Of a stretch of DNA of 64,000 nt, positions 51,717 to 61,610 are shown piece by piece. How positions within the stretch are numbered: the stretch's first letter is position 1; each line of letters starts with the position of its first letter. The notes beneath the pieces were generated by a model. The model did no database searches. It saw only the letters and a list, made by a program, of their open reading frames with translations, and was not told the DNA's origin. The position numbers were made by a program, and so were the translations under genes. The stretch lies in assembly GCA_963663275.1 (NCBI GenBank), contig OY760183.1, positions 2,592,001-2,656,000 on the forward strand, given 5' to 3'. The stretch is from Chloroflexota bacterium. Its GTDB lineage: Bacteria; Chloroflexota; UBA11872; VXOZ01.

Positions 51717-52724
51717 TCACGTCTGTTCCCAGGGCGCGAGGTTCTGCGCGGCGAGTTCGCGGTAGAACAGCAGGTAACTCCGGTAGCGGCGCGGGGAGAT
51801 GCCGCCGTCCGCCTGGGCGCCGCGCACGGCGCAGGCGGGCTCGTCGCGGTGGGTGCAGTCGCGGAACCGGCACTGGCCGAACAGGGCGCGGACTTCGGGA
51901 AAGAGGTAGGCAAGATCTTCGGGCAGGATGCTCCACGTAGCCAACTTGCGCAGGCCGGGCGTATCCATCACCACCGTCTCCTCATCGAGGGTGATCGTTT
52001 CCGCCTGTGTCGTCACGTGGCGGCCCTCGCCTTTCGCGCCGACCGCCCCCGTCGGCAGCGCGGCGCTTGCGGCCAGCCGATTGATGAGGGAGGACTTACC
52101 CACACCGGAGACGCCCGTAAACACCGAGCGCGCACCCTGCAACGCGGCGCGCAGCGGCCCGAGGCCGGCGCCGGTGAGCGCGCTGGTTTGGAGCGTCGTG
52201 TAGCCAACGCGCTCATAGCACGTAAGTTCCGCCGCCGTCTCCGGACTAACGCCGTGGTCGCTCTTGTTCAGCGCCACCAGCGCGGGCAGATCGAGATGCT
52301 CGGCGATTACCAGGTAGCGGTCGAGCAGCGTGAAGTCCGGCGAGGGTTGCGCCGCCGCCAGTACGATCACGACCTGGTCCACGTTGGCGGCCAGCACGTG
52401 GGCGCGCTTGCTCTCCGGCGCTTGGCGCACCAGGCCCCAGGCCTCATCCTCGTTGCGCAGGATCTCCTCGATCACGCCGGTATCGGGCCCCAGCGGCCGG
52501 ATGCGCACGCGGTCGCCGACGCTCACCGGCGAGCGCGTCCGGGTAGGCTGCACACGCTGCACGCGCGGCGCCCGGCTCTTGCTGGTGGAATAGACCAGTT
52601 GCTTGCGCAACTTGCCCCGCAGCGTGCAGCGCACCGTGCCGCGCGCCGTCTCTACCAGGAATTCCCCGCGTGAAATCCGCAGCACCGTGCCCTCGCGCGT
52701 CCGTTTGCCGCGCCCGCCGCTCAT
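51717..52724 (-). CDS. rsgA: Ribosome small subunit-dependent GTPase A
   Basis: Circularly permuted NKSD / GVSGVGKSS / GRHVTT / DTPG and CRFRDCTHRDEPAC. Confidence 0.94.
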   Translation of the reverse strand: MSGGRGKRTREGTVLRISRGEFLVETARGTVRCTLRGKLRKQLVYSTSKSRAPRVQRVQPTRTRSPVSVGDRVRIRPLGPDTGVIEEILRNEDEAWGLVRQAPESKRAHVLAANVDQVVIVLAAAQPSPDFTLLDRYLVIAEHLDLPALVALNKSDHGVSPETAAELTCYERVGYTTLQTSALTGAGLGPLRAALQGARSVFTGVSGVGKSSLINRLAASAALPTGAVGAKGEGRHVTTQAETITLDEETVVMDTPGLRKLATWSILPEDLAYLFPEVRALFGQCRFRDCTHRDEPACAVRGAQADGGISPRRYRSYLLFYRELAAQNLAPWEQT

Positions 52725-52863
52725 TGCGCCGCGCTCGCCGCGCCGCTAGGCGCACGGATGTGCATGAGCGCGGGGAACGAAAAAGACCGGCGTCCGAGTG
52801 TGGACGTCGGTCTCGAGTGGGAGGCAATGGCTGTCGGCGTGCCCATGTGCTTTCAACTCACGG

Positions 52864-54318
52864 TCAGGATTCCGCTACCGGGGTAGATTGCGCCGCCGGC
52901 GTCTCCGGTGAAGACTCCGCCCCCGGCGCTTCTTCCGGCCTGGCGTCCACCGTCACCTCCTCGATGGCAACGGTCTCTTTGAGGAAGTCGATCGTCTTGC
53001 GCATTCGCAGGTTCATGGCGATGTTGGTGCGCGACGCCTCGCTGTTGAGGTACTGTTGCATCTGCTGCAGGCGCGCCTGCACTTCGTCCTTGGTGGGCTG
53101 TTTCGTGGTCACGATCGCGCCGGTTTGCTGCTCCTGCTGCGCCATCTGCATGCGATAGTTCGCCATGTTCTGCTGGATTTCGCCGTCGATCTCTTCGGTT
53201 GGAACCGCAATTTCCTCCGCGCTCGCCACGGCGTCCAGCGCGATGAAGTTGCGCACCATGCTCGCCGCCCGTTCCCTCATGCGCTCCTTCCACTCTTCCT
53301 CAGAGAGTTGGAGCATCTGCAGGTAGTATTCTTTGGGAATGCCGCGCTGCGCGGCCTCGAACGCCTCCCGTTGCTCCAGGCGCTGCGCCTGCTCCTCGAT
53401 GAGCACGTCGGGTACCTCAAACGTGGAGCCATCGACCAGCTCCTGCACCAGGGAGTTCTCCGCCTGCTGCTCGGCTTCCTGCGCGGCGCGGTCTTCCAGG
53501 CGCTTGCGCACGTCAGCCCGCAGGTCGTCGATGGACTCGAAGTCTCCCGTCGCCTGGGCCAGTTCATCGGTCAGGCCCAGCAGCCGCTTCTGTGTCGTGC
53601 CGCGCACCGTAATCTCGAAGTCGGCCGAGCGCCCGCGCACGGCCTCGACCGGGTAGTCGTCCGGCAGCAGCAGGATGAAGGAACGCTCCTGCCCGGCAAC
53701 CATGCCCATGGCGGCTTCGTCGAAACCCTCCGGCAGTGTATTCTCGCCAATGATGATATTCGTGCCAGGCGAGTTATTGATGGTCCGGCCTTCCACTCTG
53801 ATGTGCAAGTCCAGCCTCACGCGGTCGCCGCTCTCCACCGGACGCTCCACCTCGTCCCACTGGACGAGTTGCTGCTCCAAACTCTCCAGCACTACCAGCA
53901 CGTCCGCGTCGGTGACGCGCCGCGTCTCCTTCGTAATCTGGATCGCGCGGTAGTCGCCGGAGTCGACCGTGGGCTTTACCGGCACGGTGGCGGCGAACGA
54001 CACCGGCTGCTCTCTATCGGTGTTCAGCATTTCAAGTTCGGGATTGCCGACCGGCTGGATTTCCGTCTGCTTCACCGCCTCGGCGTATGCCTCCGGCACG
54101 AGACGTTCCAGGGCTTCGCGGAAGACCGCGTCCACGCCGGCGTGGCGCTCGACCAAGGCTTGCGGCGCGCGGCCGCGGCGGAAACCGGGAATGTTGACTT
54201 TGTCGCTGACCCGGCGCACGGCCCGTTTGTAGGCCCGTTCCACCTCTTCCAACGGCGCTTCCACCGTCAGCTTCACCCGGCTCTTCTCGAGCGTTTCCGA
54301 CGTTACCGTAATCTCCAT
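52864..54318 (-). CDS. tig: Trigger factor
   Basis: IPGFRRGRAP ribosome-binding motif, FKBP-like middle domain. Confidence 0.93.
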   Translation of the reverse strand: MEITVTSETLEKSRVKLTVEAPLEEVERAYKRAVRRVSDKVNIPGFRRGRAPQALVERHAGVDAVFREALERLVPEAYAEAVKQTEIQPVGNPELEMLNTDREQPVSFAATVPVKPTVDSGDYRAIQITKETRRVTDADVLVVLESLEQQLVQWDEVERPVESGDRVRLDLHIRVEGRTINNSPGTNIIIGENTLPEGFDEAAMGMVAGQERSFILLLPDDYPVEAVRGRSADFEITVRGTTQKRLLGLTDELAQATGDFESIDDLRADVRKRLEDRAAQEAEQQAENSLVQELVDGSTFEVPDVLIEEQAQRLEQREAFEAAQRGIPKEYYLQMLQLSEEEWKERMRERAASMVRNFIALDAVASAEEIAVPTEEIDGEIQQNMANYRMQMAQQEQQTGAIVTTKQPTKDEVQARLQQMQQYLNSEASRTNIAMNLRMRKTIDFLKETVAIEEVTVDARPEEAPGAESSPETPAAQSTPVAES

Positions 54319-54466
54319 TGCCGTGTTTGCTCTCCCTTACCGCGTCACCGCTAAGCGCGCACGTCTACCGGCGCAGGTTCCGATTCCCGCGCTGCCGGAG
54401 GCGGGCAAGACCGCCGCACAGGCGGACGCCGGCCTCTTCCGGTCTTCACGAATGCCCCGTGCATAG

Positions 54467-54500
54467 CAAAAAAAGAGGCGCGGCCTGGGCAGCGCCCTTG
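54467..54500 (-). terminator. Terminator after tRNA-Gly
   Basis: GGGCGC...GCGCCT hairpin followed by a T7 tract on minus. Confidence 0.6.
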
Positions 54501-54533
54501 CTTGCGAACCTCGGCGTCTTGCTAACCGCCGGG

Positions 54534-54605
54534 AGCGGAAGACGGGATTCGAACCCGCGACCCTCACCTTGGCAAGGTGATGCTCTACCCCTGAGCCACT
54601 TCCGC
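54534..54605 (-). tRNA. tRNA-Gly (GCC); CCA not encoded
   Basis: Acceptor GCGGAAG/CTTCCGC, anticodon arm TCACC-TTGCCAA-GGTGA, GGTTCGAATCC. Confidence 0.95.
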
Positions 54606-54623
54606 ATTGCTTCTTGCGCCCTC

Positions 54624-54652
54624 ATTATAGCGAGTAGACCAAATCTTGGCAA
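54624..54652 (-). promoter_or_regulatory. tRNA-Gly promoter
   Basis: TTGCCA-17 nt-TATAAT on minus. Confidence 0.8.
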
Positions 54653-54865
54653 GACTCAGGCGCAAAAACGAAACGGCGGCCCTCCCATTCGCTCCGAGTA
54701 GCCCGGAACCCCTTTAAGGGTCGATAAGCAGAGCCCAGTCGAACGCCACGCGCATGCTATGCCGTCTCGTTCACTTTACCGTGTGCTTTGACAGCCGGAT
54801 AGGCCATTGATACACTTGCCACGAGCCAAAGCTGCCAGCTTGCGGAATGGAGGGACTGCGCCGGC

Positions 54866-55801
54866 ATGGAGAGACACTGGAGCCATTACATGCACCTGGG
54901 GTTCGTGCATTTCATGCTCTTTCCCGAAGTGATGGGCGGCGACGGACCCATTATCGAGTCGCTGCGCCACCTCACGGCTGACGACTTCTTCCAGGTAGCC
55001 GAAATCACCCACATTGCCGATCCCGCCGTCGCCAAGGAAGCCAAGGCGTTGAGCGAGACCACCAAGCTCAACCTCGGTTTTGGCGTACAGCCAATCCTGC
55101 TGCGCAACCAACTGAACCTCGCCAGCCTCGACGAATCCCACCGGCAGGCGGTGGTTACGCGGGTCAAGGAAGCCGTGGACGAAGCCTACGCCATGGGCAC
55201 GCGCGTGCTCGGGCTCTTCGACGGCCCGTCGTCGTACCCCGGTGCAGAGTACAAAGACCGGGCGTTGAGCGCGTTCGCCGAGTCGCTCAAGGAGATCTGC
55301 GCCTATGCCGAGCGACAGCGCACGGACTACACGCTCTGGATTTCGCTGGAGCAATTCGACCGGGACGTGGACAAGAAGAGCCTCGTCGGGCCCATCGAGG
55401 ATACGCTGCCGCTCTGCCAGGCGGTGCGCGCGCAATGCGGGAACTTCGGGCTGCTGGTGGACCAGGGGCACCTCCCGCTCTTGAATGAGACGCCGCAAGG
55501 CACGCTCTCGGCGGCGCGGGATTACCTGGGGCATATCCACCTGGGCAGTTGCGTCAAGCAGCCGGGACACGCCCTCTACGGCGACCAGCACCCCCGGTTC
55601 GGCCACGAGGACGGCGAGAACGACACCGCGGAGCTTGCCGAGTTCCTGCGCACCTTATTCGAGATCGGCTACTTCGACCAGGACGTGCCCACGGAGAAAC
55701 CGCTCTGCACCTTCGAGTTGAAGCCCGCCCCGGGCGAGGACTCGCTCTCCCTCATGGCAAACGCCAAGCGGACGTTCCAAGCGGCCTGGGCGCAACTGTA
55801 A
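54866..55801 (+). CDS. Sugar phosphate isomerase/epimerase (xylose isomerase-like TIM barrel)
   Basis: LEQFDR, DQGH, HIHLG, YGDQHPRFG and FE metal ligands. Confidence 0.8.
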   Translation: MERHWSHYMHLGFVHFMLFPEVMGGDGPIIESLRHLTADDFFQVAEITHIADPAVAKEAKALSETTKLNLGFGVQPILLRNQLNLASLDESHRQAVVTRVKEAVDEAYAMGTRVLGLFDGPSSYPGAEYKDRALSAFAESLKEICAYAERQRTDYTLWISLEQFDRDVDKKSLVGPIEDTLPLCQAVRAQCGNFGLLVDQGHLPLLNETPQGTLSAARDYLGHIHLGSCVKQPGHALYGDQHPRFGHEDGENDTAELAEFLRTLFEIGYFDQDVPTEKPLCTFELKPAPGEDSLSLMANAKRTFQAAWAQL

Positions 55802-55886
55802 GCACGATCGAAACCGCGATCGAGAACACATCGAAACCGCGGTCGCAAGCACGTTCGGGAGCCCGTTCGAGAGCCGCGCCTCTTGT

Positions 55887-55920
55887 CCCCTCTCCCTGAG
55901 GGAGAGGGCCAGGGTGAGGG
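55887..55920. repeat. Palindromic REP-like element, copy 2 of the 2938 family
   Basis: CCCCTCTCCCTGAGGGAGAGGGCCAGGGTGAGGG. Confidence 0.75.
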
Positions 55921-55992
55921 TGAGAGCTAAAGCGAGAGCAAGCCATCAAACCAGGATTGGGTTGAAAGCGTACCAGAAAGAGCAAGGACACC

Positions 55993-56973
55993 ATGCAGCC
56001 GAAAGTCTGTGTCACCCGCCGGATACCGGAGTCCGGCATCGAGCTTCTCCGGCAGTCGTGCGACGTGGAGATTTGGGATAGCGACGACGTCATGCCCCGC
56101 GCCGACTTTCTGGCGGCGGTGGCCGACAAAGACGCCGTGCTCTGTCTGCTGACGGACAAAGTCGACGCCGAAACCCTGGACGTGGCCACGAACGCCAAGA
56201 TCTTCGCCAACATGGCCGTGGGCTTCGACAACATCGACGTCCCGGAGTGCACAAAGCGCGGCATCATGGCGAGCAACACGCCGGGCGTCCTCACCGATAC
56301 CACCGCCGACTTCGCGTTCACGCTGCTGATGGCGGCGGCGCGCCGCATTCGCGAGGCGCACGAGTACGTCCACGCCAGCAAGTGGACGACCTGGGGCCCA
56401 TTGCTGCTCATGGGTCAGGACATCCACCACGCCACGCTCGGCTTGATCGGCCTGGGCCGCATCGGCGCCGAAATGGCCCGGCGCGGGCAGGGCTTCTCCA
56501 TGCGCGTGCTCTACAACGACATCGTGCGGCGGGAGGACCTGGAGCAGGAACTCGGCCTGGAATACGCCGACTTCGAGACGGTCTTGAAAGAGTCCGACTT
56601 CGTCAGCCTGCACGTACCCTACATGCCCGCCACGCATCACCTCATCAGCACGGCGCAACTTGCGCTGATGAAGGATTCAGCGGTGCTCATCAACACGGCG
56701 CGCGGCGCGATCGTGGATCCGCAGGCGCTCTATACGGCGCTCAGTTCCGGTGAGATCTGGGCGGCGGGACTGGACGTGACCGAGCCGGAGCCGATTCCGA
56801 TGGACGACCCGCTGCTGACGTTAGACAATTGCCTGGTCGCGCCCCATATCGCCAGCGCCAGTTTCAACACCCGCAGCGACATGTCCGAACTTGCCGCGAA
56901 CAACATCCTGGCCGCGCTCAACGGCGAACGCCCTCCCACCGTCCTCAATCCCGAGGTGCTGGAGAAGAGCTAG
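55993..56973 (+). CDS. Glyoxylate reductase / D-glycerate dehydrogenase
   Basis: AVGFDNID, NTPGVLTDTTAD, GLGRIG, INTARG, PHIASA. Confidence 0.9.
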   Translation: MQPKVCVTRRIPESGIELLRQSCDVEIWDSDDVMPRADFLAAVADKDAVLCLLTDKVDAETLDVATNAKIFANMAVGFDNIDVPECTKRGIMASNTPGVLTDTTADFAFTLLMAAARRIREAHEYVHASKWTTWGPLLLMGQDIHHATLGLIGLGRIGAEMARRGQGFSMRVLYNDIVRREDLEQELGLEYADFETVLKESDFVSLHVPYMPATHHLISTAQLALMKDSAVLINTARGAIVDPQALYTALSSGEIWAAGLDVTEPEPIPMDDPLLTLDNCLVAPHIASASFNTRSDMSELAANNILAALNGERPPTVLNPEVLEKS

Positions 56974-57131
56974 GCCGTAGAATCCCTACACGCCGAGGTT
57001 GCCTGAGAATCCTCAGGCGCCGGGTAGGCGGTCGAGAGGCTGGAAGCGCGCAGGCGAGCAAAGCGGGGGATGAAGCGTGCCAAGGCCGCGCAAGCGCGCG
57101 CGGCTGTGCGCCGCTGACTGCGCTTTCCTCT

Positions 57132-58319
57132 TCAAGAGCGGCTGCTATCCTCGGCCGACTGAGTCTTCCAGGGCAACACCCGCAGCCGCGCCCGCGCCGG
57201 CACGCGAAAGACCGGCGGCATGGCGTAGGTCTTCACCCGGCTGTGCACGGCAATGCTTTGCAGCAAGCCGATGCCAATGAAGGTGGCGATCAAGGCGCTG
57301 CCGCCGTATGAGAGAAACGGCAGCGGAATCCCCGTGACCGGCAGGAGTTCGATGATCATGCCTATGTTCACGAACATTTGCATGAAGATCAAGGCCGTCA
57401 CGCCGACCGCGATGTTCTGGCCGAAGTGATCGCGTGAGTTGGTCGCAATCAGCGTCGCGCGCATGAGCAGCACCAGGAACAACCCCAGGACCAGTGTGCT
57501 GCCGACAAAACCCAGTTCCTCGGCCAGCACGGCAAAGACGAAGTCCTTGTGCTGCACGCGCAGGTACTCCAACTGGGTTTGCGATCCCTGGAAGAGCCCC
57601 CGGCCCCATAGCTCCCCCGCGCCTACGCTGATCCGCGCCTGGAGCACGTTGTAGCCCGCGCCGAAAGGGTCCGCGGACGGATCGAGAAAGGTGGTAACGC
57701 GCTCCCACATGTACTCGCGGATTCTGATCAACTGCAAGGAAACGGCGGCCAGCAGGCCGACGGCCACGCCGGCGATAAACCGGAAGGGCATGCCCGCCAT
57801 GAAGACCATGACCGCCCAAATCCCCAGGAACATCAGCGTGGTGCCCAGGTCCGGCTCTCGGAAGACCAGGAAAGCCGGCACGGCCGCGATGACCATGGAG
57901 CCAAAGAAGTAGCGTATGTCCTCCACCCGGTGCGGCCCGGCGCTGAGGTAGTGCGCCAGCGCGATGATCAGGGCGATCTTCGCGAATTCCGACGGCTGCA
58001 AGGAAAAAGGCCCAATCAGGAACCACCGCTGCGAGCCGCCGATTGACACCCCGACGAGGAGCACCGCCAGCAGCATGAGAATCGCGGCGCCGTACCCAAT
58101 CCACGCCAGGCCGCCGAGCCACCGGTAGTTCAGTTTCGGGGCAATCGCGAGAATCACAACCCCCAAGCCCAGGAACGCGCTCTGCTTGATGACGTCCACG
58201 GACGTGCCGGATTCGATGAGGGTCGCGCTGCGGATGAGAACGATGCCGACCGCCCCCAAAGCCAGCGCGGCGGCGGTGAGCCAGTAGTCGTAGAGTCTCC
58301 ACTTGCGAATGACTATCAT
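57132..58319 (-). CDS. rodA: Rod shape-determining protein RodA
   Basis: GSQRW, LQPSEFAK, EPDLGT, EELGF, PVTGIPLPFLSYGGS. Confidence 0.93.
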   Translation of the reverse strand: MIVIRKWRLYDYWLTAAALALGAVGIVLIRSATLIESGTSVDVIKQSAFLGLGVVILAIAPKLNYRWLGGLAWIGYGAAILMLLAVLLVGVSIGGSQRWFLIGPFSLQPSEFAKIALIIALAHYLSAGPHRVEDIRYFFGSMVIAAVPAFLVFREPDLGTTLMFLGIWAVMVFMAGMPFRFIAGVAVGLLAAVSLQLIRIREYMWERVTTFLDPSADPFGAGYNVLQARISVGAGELWGRGLFQGSQTQLEYLRVQHKDFVFAVLAEELGFVGSTLVLGLFLVLLMRATLIATNSRDHFGQNIAVGVTALIFMQMFVNIGMIIELLPVTGIPLPFLSYGGSALIATFIGIGLLQSIAVHSRVKTYAMPPVFRVPARARLRVLPWKTQSAEDSSRS

Positions 58320-58320
58320 G

Positions 58321-60174
58321 CTATTGTCGCGCGCTCCTAGAGGAAGCGAAGTAATGGCGGGTCAGTTCATCCGCAATTGGCGCCGCGAATTCGGAACCCT
58401 CGCCGGCGCCGTAGAGCACCACGGCAAAGGCAATCTCGGGCGCTTCGAACGGCGCGAACCCGGTAAACAAGGCGTGGGTCGGCAGATAGCCTTCCTCGTC
58501 GCGGGGCCCGGGATACTCAGCCGTGCCGGTCTTGCCGGCGATGCCGTGGGGGTTGGCCGCTATCCGAATGGCGGTGCCGCGCACCACCACGTCGCGCATT
58601 GCGTCGCGGACTACGGAGAGCACACCCGGGGAGAACGGCAGGCGGCGCGCCACTTGCGGTTCGACCGGCTGCGCCTGTATGCCGTCGGCGCCCCGCACCT
58701 CAGCGGCGATTCTAGGATACATCACGTTGCCCCCGTTTGCAATGGCGGCGGTAAAGTTCGCCAATTGCAACGGCGTGCAGAGCACGTCGCCCTGCCCGAT
58801 GGCCGTATTGTACGAGTCGCCCTGGAACCACTGTTCCTTCTTGAGGCGTAGCTTGCGCTCAGGCGTCGGCATCAGGCCATCCTGTTCTCCGGGCAGGTCG
58901 ACACCCGTCGCCTGCCCAAAGCCGCTCGCGGTCGCCGCGCGCGCCAGCGCCTCCGGTCCCATGCCGGCGAAACCGGTATAGGGATTGCCGCCAACGAGGT
59001 TGTAGAAGAACACGTCACACGAACGCACCAGAGCCTCGTAGGCGTTCAGAAAGCCGTGTCCGCTCCGCTTCCAGCACCCGAATTCCCAGCCGCCGGGCAG
59101 AACGAGGCTGCCGCGGCACTCGAAGCGCGTTTCCAAGTCCATGTCGTGCCGCTCCAGCCAATCCGCCATGCTCACCAGCTTGAACGTGGAGGCCGGCGGA
59201 TAGAGGCCGCCAACCGCATGGCTGACCAGAGGCCGCGCCGGATCGTTGGCCAGGCGCGCATAGTCTTCCTGCGATATGGAACGAGCAAAGAGATTGTTGT
59301 CATATCCCGGCAGACTGACGAGCGCGCGCACCGCGCCGGTCGCCACGTCCAGCGCCACCACCGCTCCGGACGTCGATGCCGCCGCCTCAAGGCCGTCGCG
59401 CAGCATCTCGGTGACGGCGTCCTGCAACTCCAGGTCGAGACCCAACACCAGGTTCTTGCCCGGCCGGGGCGGCGTCTCATCGAGAACGCGCACGGTGCGG
59501 CCGTACACGTTCACTTCCACCCTTCGTTGGCCCTTTTCGCCGCGCAAGTCCGACTCATAGACGGACTCAAGGCCCGCGATCCCCACGTGGTCGTCCCGTT
59601 CGTAGCCGCGATTCAAGTAGAACTCGGTGCGCTCGTGCGGTATCGGACCGGTGTAGCCCAGGATGTGGCCGTTGCTGTCTCCCAGCGCGTACTCGCGCAC
59701 CGGCCGGCTCTCGGCGGATATGCCCGGCAGGTACGGATTTTCCTCTTCGATAATCAGGGCAACGTGGCGCGGCACGTCGCGCTTGAGAATCGTCGGTTGA
59801 TACGGGCTTTGCAGACCCCGCTCCATCAATTCCAGGATCGTGGGCGCGGACATTTCCAACAGCGCCGCCAGACGCCGGGCCACGTTCTCCCGCTCGTCGC
59901 GGGGCAGATCGATCATGCGCGCCACCACGCTAAAGCTGGGCGCGTTGATTGCGACCCTCTCATCGTGCCGGTCGTAGATGACACCGCGCAGGGGCTTGAT
60001 GGAGTGCACCCGCAGGCTATTGCTCTGCGCCTGATCGCGCAACTCCGGCCCGCGCACGATCTGGATGTACCAAAGGCGCGCAACGAGCGCCGCGAACGAA
60101 CCAAGCAGCACGATGCGCAGCAGGTAGAAGCGAATGGCTTCGCGTCGCGTGAGTAACCGCTTCTCCTCGGCCAT
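58321..60174 (-). CDS. mrdA: Penicillin-binding protein 2
   Basis: RGVIYDR, SxxK (STFK), SCD, KTGT; mre operon context. Confidence 0.92.
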   Translation of the reverse strand: MAEEKRLLTRREAIRFYLLRIVLLGSFAALVARLWYIQIVRGPELRDQAQSNSLRVHSIKPLRGVIYDRHDERVAINAPSFSVVARMIDLPRDERENVARRLAALLEMSAPTILELMERGLQSPYQPTILKRDVPRHVALIIEEENPYLPGISAESRPVREYALGDSNGHILGYTGPIPHERTEFYLNRGYERDDHVGIAGLESVYESDLRGEKGQRRVEVNVYGRTVRVLDETPPRPGKNLVLGLDLELQDAVTEMLRDGLEAAASTSGAVVALDVATGAVRALVSLPGYDNNLFARSISQEDYARLANDPARPLVSHAVGGLYPPASTFKLVSMADWLERHDMDLETRFECRGSLVLPGGWEFGCWKRSGHGFLNAYEALVRSCDVFFYNLVGGNPYTGFAGMGPEALARAATASGFGQATGVDLPGEQDGLMPTPERKLRLKKEQWFQGDSYNTAIGQGDVLCTPLQLANFTAAIANGGNVMYPRIAAEVRGADGIQAQPVEPQVARRLPFSPGVLSVVRDAMRDVVVRGTAIRIAANPHGIAGKTGTAEYPGPRDEEGYLPTHALFTGFAPFEAPEIAFAVVLYGAGEGSEFAAPIADELTRHYFASSRSARQ

Positions 60175-60689
60175 CAGCGCCTCCCCGCGATTGAACGCCC
60201 CGATACCACCTCCAGAAAGCGAAAGCCCGCCAGGACGATGATCGGGGCAAAGAGCGCGTTCAGGAGCGCCGTCGGCAACGCCGTTTGCCAGAGCATGCCG
60301 CCAAATGAAAAGCGATAGTCGAAGGTGATCAGCAATGCGCCCAGCAGAACGAAGTACACCATGGCTACCCAAAACGCGGTAACGAATGACAATACTATCC
60401 GGTTGGGCTGCACGACGCTTACGGCGAATCCCCCCACACAGCCGGCAATCGTCAGCGCCAGGGCGCTCAGCCCCCAGTGCGATTCTGAGAAGACATCCAC
60501 GAAGAGCCCGCCCACAAAGCCCCAGCCCGCGCCGCCGGCCGGCCCGTACCAGAGCGCCAGCAGGGTGACTACCTGCAACATGGGCAGCCACACCACGCCA
60601 AAGAGCGGAAAGTGCCACACCACGCTCGCCTGAGCCAGGGCGGCGAGGATCATCAAGATGACAATAGCCGGGCGTGAAACGTCATTCAT
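60174..60689 (-). CDS. mreD: Rod shape-determining protein MreD
   Basis: Hydrophobic, GFVGGLFVD; between mreC and mrdA. Confidence 0.85.
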   Translation of the reverse strand: MNDVSRPAIVILMILAALAQASVVWHFPLFGVVWLPMLQVVTLLALWYGPAGGAGWGFVGGLFVDVFSESHWGLSALALTIAGCVGGFAVSVVQPNRIVLSFVTAFWVAMVYFVLLGALLITFDYRFSFGGMLWQTALPTALLNALFAPIIVLAGFRFLEVVSGRSIAGRR

Positions 60690-61552
60690 CGATCCGGCCC
60701 CGCAAACTCCCGCTCTTCCAGCGGCAGCGGCACAAAGTCCGCCACCACCATCACGTGCTCCAACTGCGAGAAGTCTATGAACGGTTCGACCACCGCGGTC
60801 TGGTAGAGTTCATAGTCCGCTTGCTTCACGTCGACGACCCTGCCGATCACGAAGTCCTTTGGCAGGCCCCCGCCCAGCCCGCTGGTCACGACCAGGTCTT
60901 CCACCTCGAGTTCTTCTGTTTGGAGAATGTAGCGCATCTGCAAACGCCCCTCTGGAGAGCCGTACACGTTGCCGAACGCCCGGCGGGGCCCTCCCTGGAC
61001 CACGGCGTTCACCACGCTGGAAGGACTGGTAATGAGTTGCACTTTGGACCAATGCGAGGCGACTCTGGTAATCTTGCCTACCACGCCGAGGTGGGTGACG
61101 ACCACCATCCCCTCAGCCAAGCCGCTGCTACTGCCGCGATCGATGCTGATTGCGTCCAGGAGATTGGTCGGGTCTCTGCCGATGACCTGAGCCGAGACCA
61201 GATTCCATTCGGAGTTGGTTTGCGCGTAGCCCAAGTGTTCGCGGAGCGTGCGATTCTCGATCTCCGCGCCGCGCAGCCTGGCGACCTCCGGCAGGAGTTC
61301 CTCTACCGTGCGCCGCAGCGCGGCGTTCTCCTCGCGCAGGTTTCTGGTCTCCTGGAAGGAGCCGAGGACGTACGCGACCGCGCCGGTTGAGGAATCGAGC
61401 GCGCGCTGCACGGGCGCCGCCGCGAAGGACACGGCATTCTCCACGGGACGCAGCCATCCCTGGCGTGAAAGGAAAACGAGCAACACCGCCGCCACGACGA
61501 GCAGCGCCAGCCTGAGGACAAACGCTCGCGGGTTAGAGTTGGAGTCACGCAT
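60686..61552 (-). CDS. mreC: Rod shape-determining protein MreC
   Basis: N-terminal TM, coiled coil ENxxLR, IDRGS..G, TSGLGG..P. Confidence 0.9.
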   Translation of the reverse strand: MRDSNSNPRAFVLRLALLVVAAVLLVFLSRQGWLRPVENAVSFAAAPVQRALDSSTGAVAYVLGSFQETRNLREENAALRRTVEELLPEVARLRGAEIENRTLREHLGYAQTNSEWNLVSAQVIGRDPTNLLDAISIDRGSSSGLAEGMVVVTHLGVVGKITRVASHWSKVQLITSPSSVVNAVVQGGPRRAFGNVYGSPEGRLQMRYILQTEELEVEDLVVTSGLGGGLPKDFVIGRVVDVKQADYELYQTAVVEPFIDFSQLEHVMVVADFVPLPLEEREFAGPDR

Positions 61553-61610
61553 CGTATTTCAGCGCCGTCGACGAAAGCGCCGCCATCCGCGATGAAGCCG
61601 GCGCCCGAGA

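Noticed and set aside
56974-57131. Hairpin GCCTGAG/CTCAGGC after the glyoxylate reductase as a possible sRNA
   Set aside because: A single 7-bp stem between convergent genes; insufficient evidence
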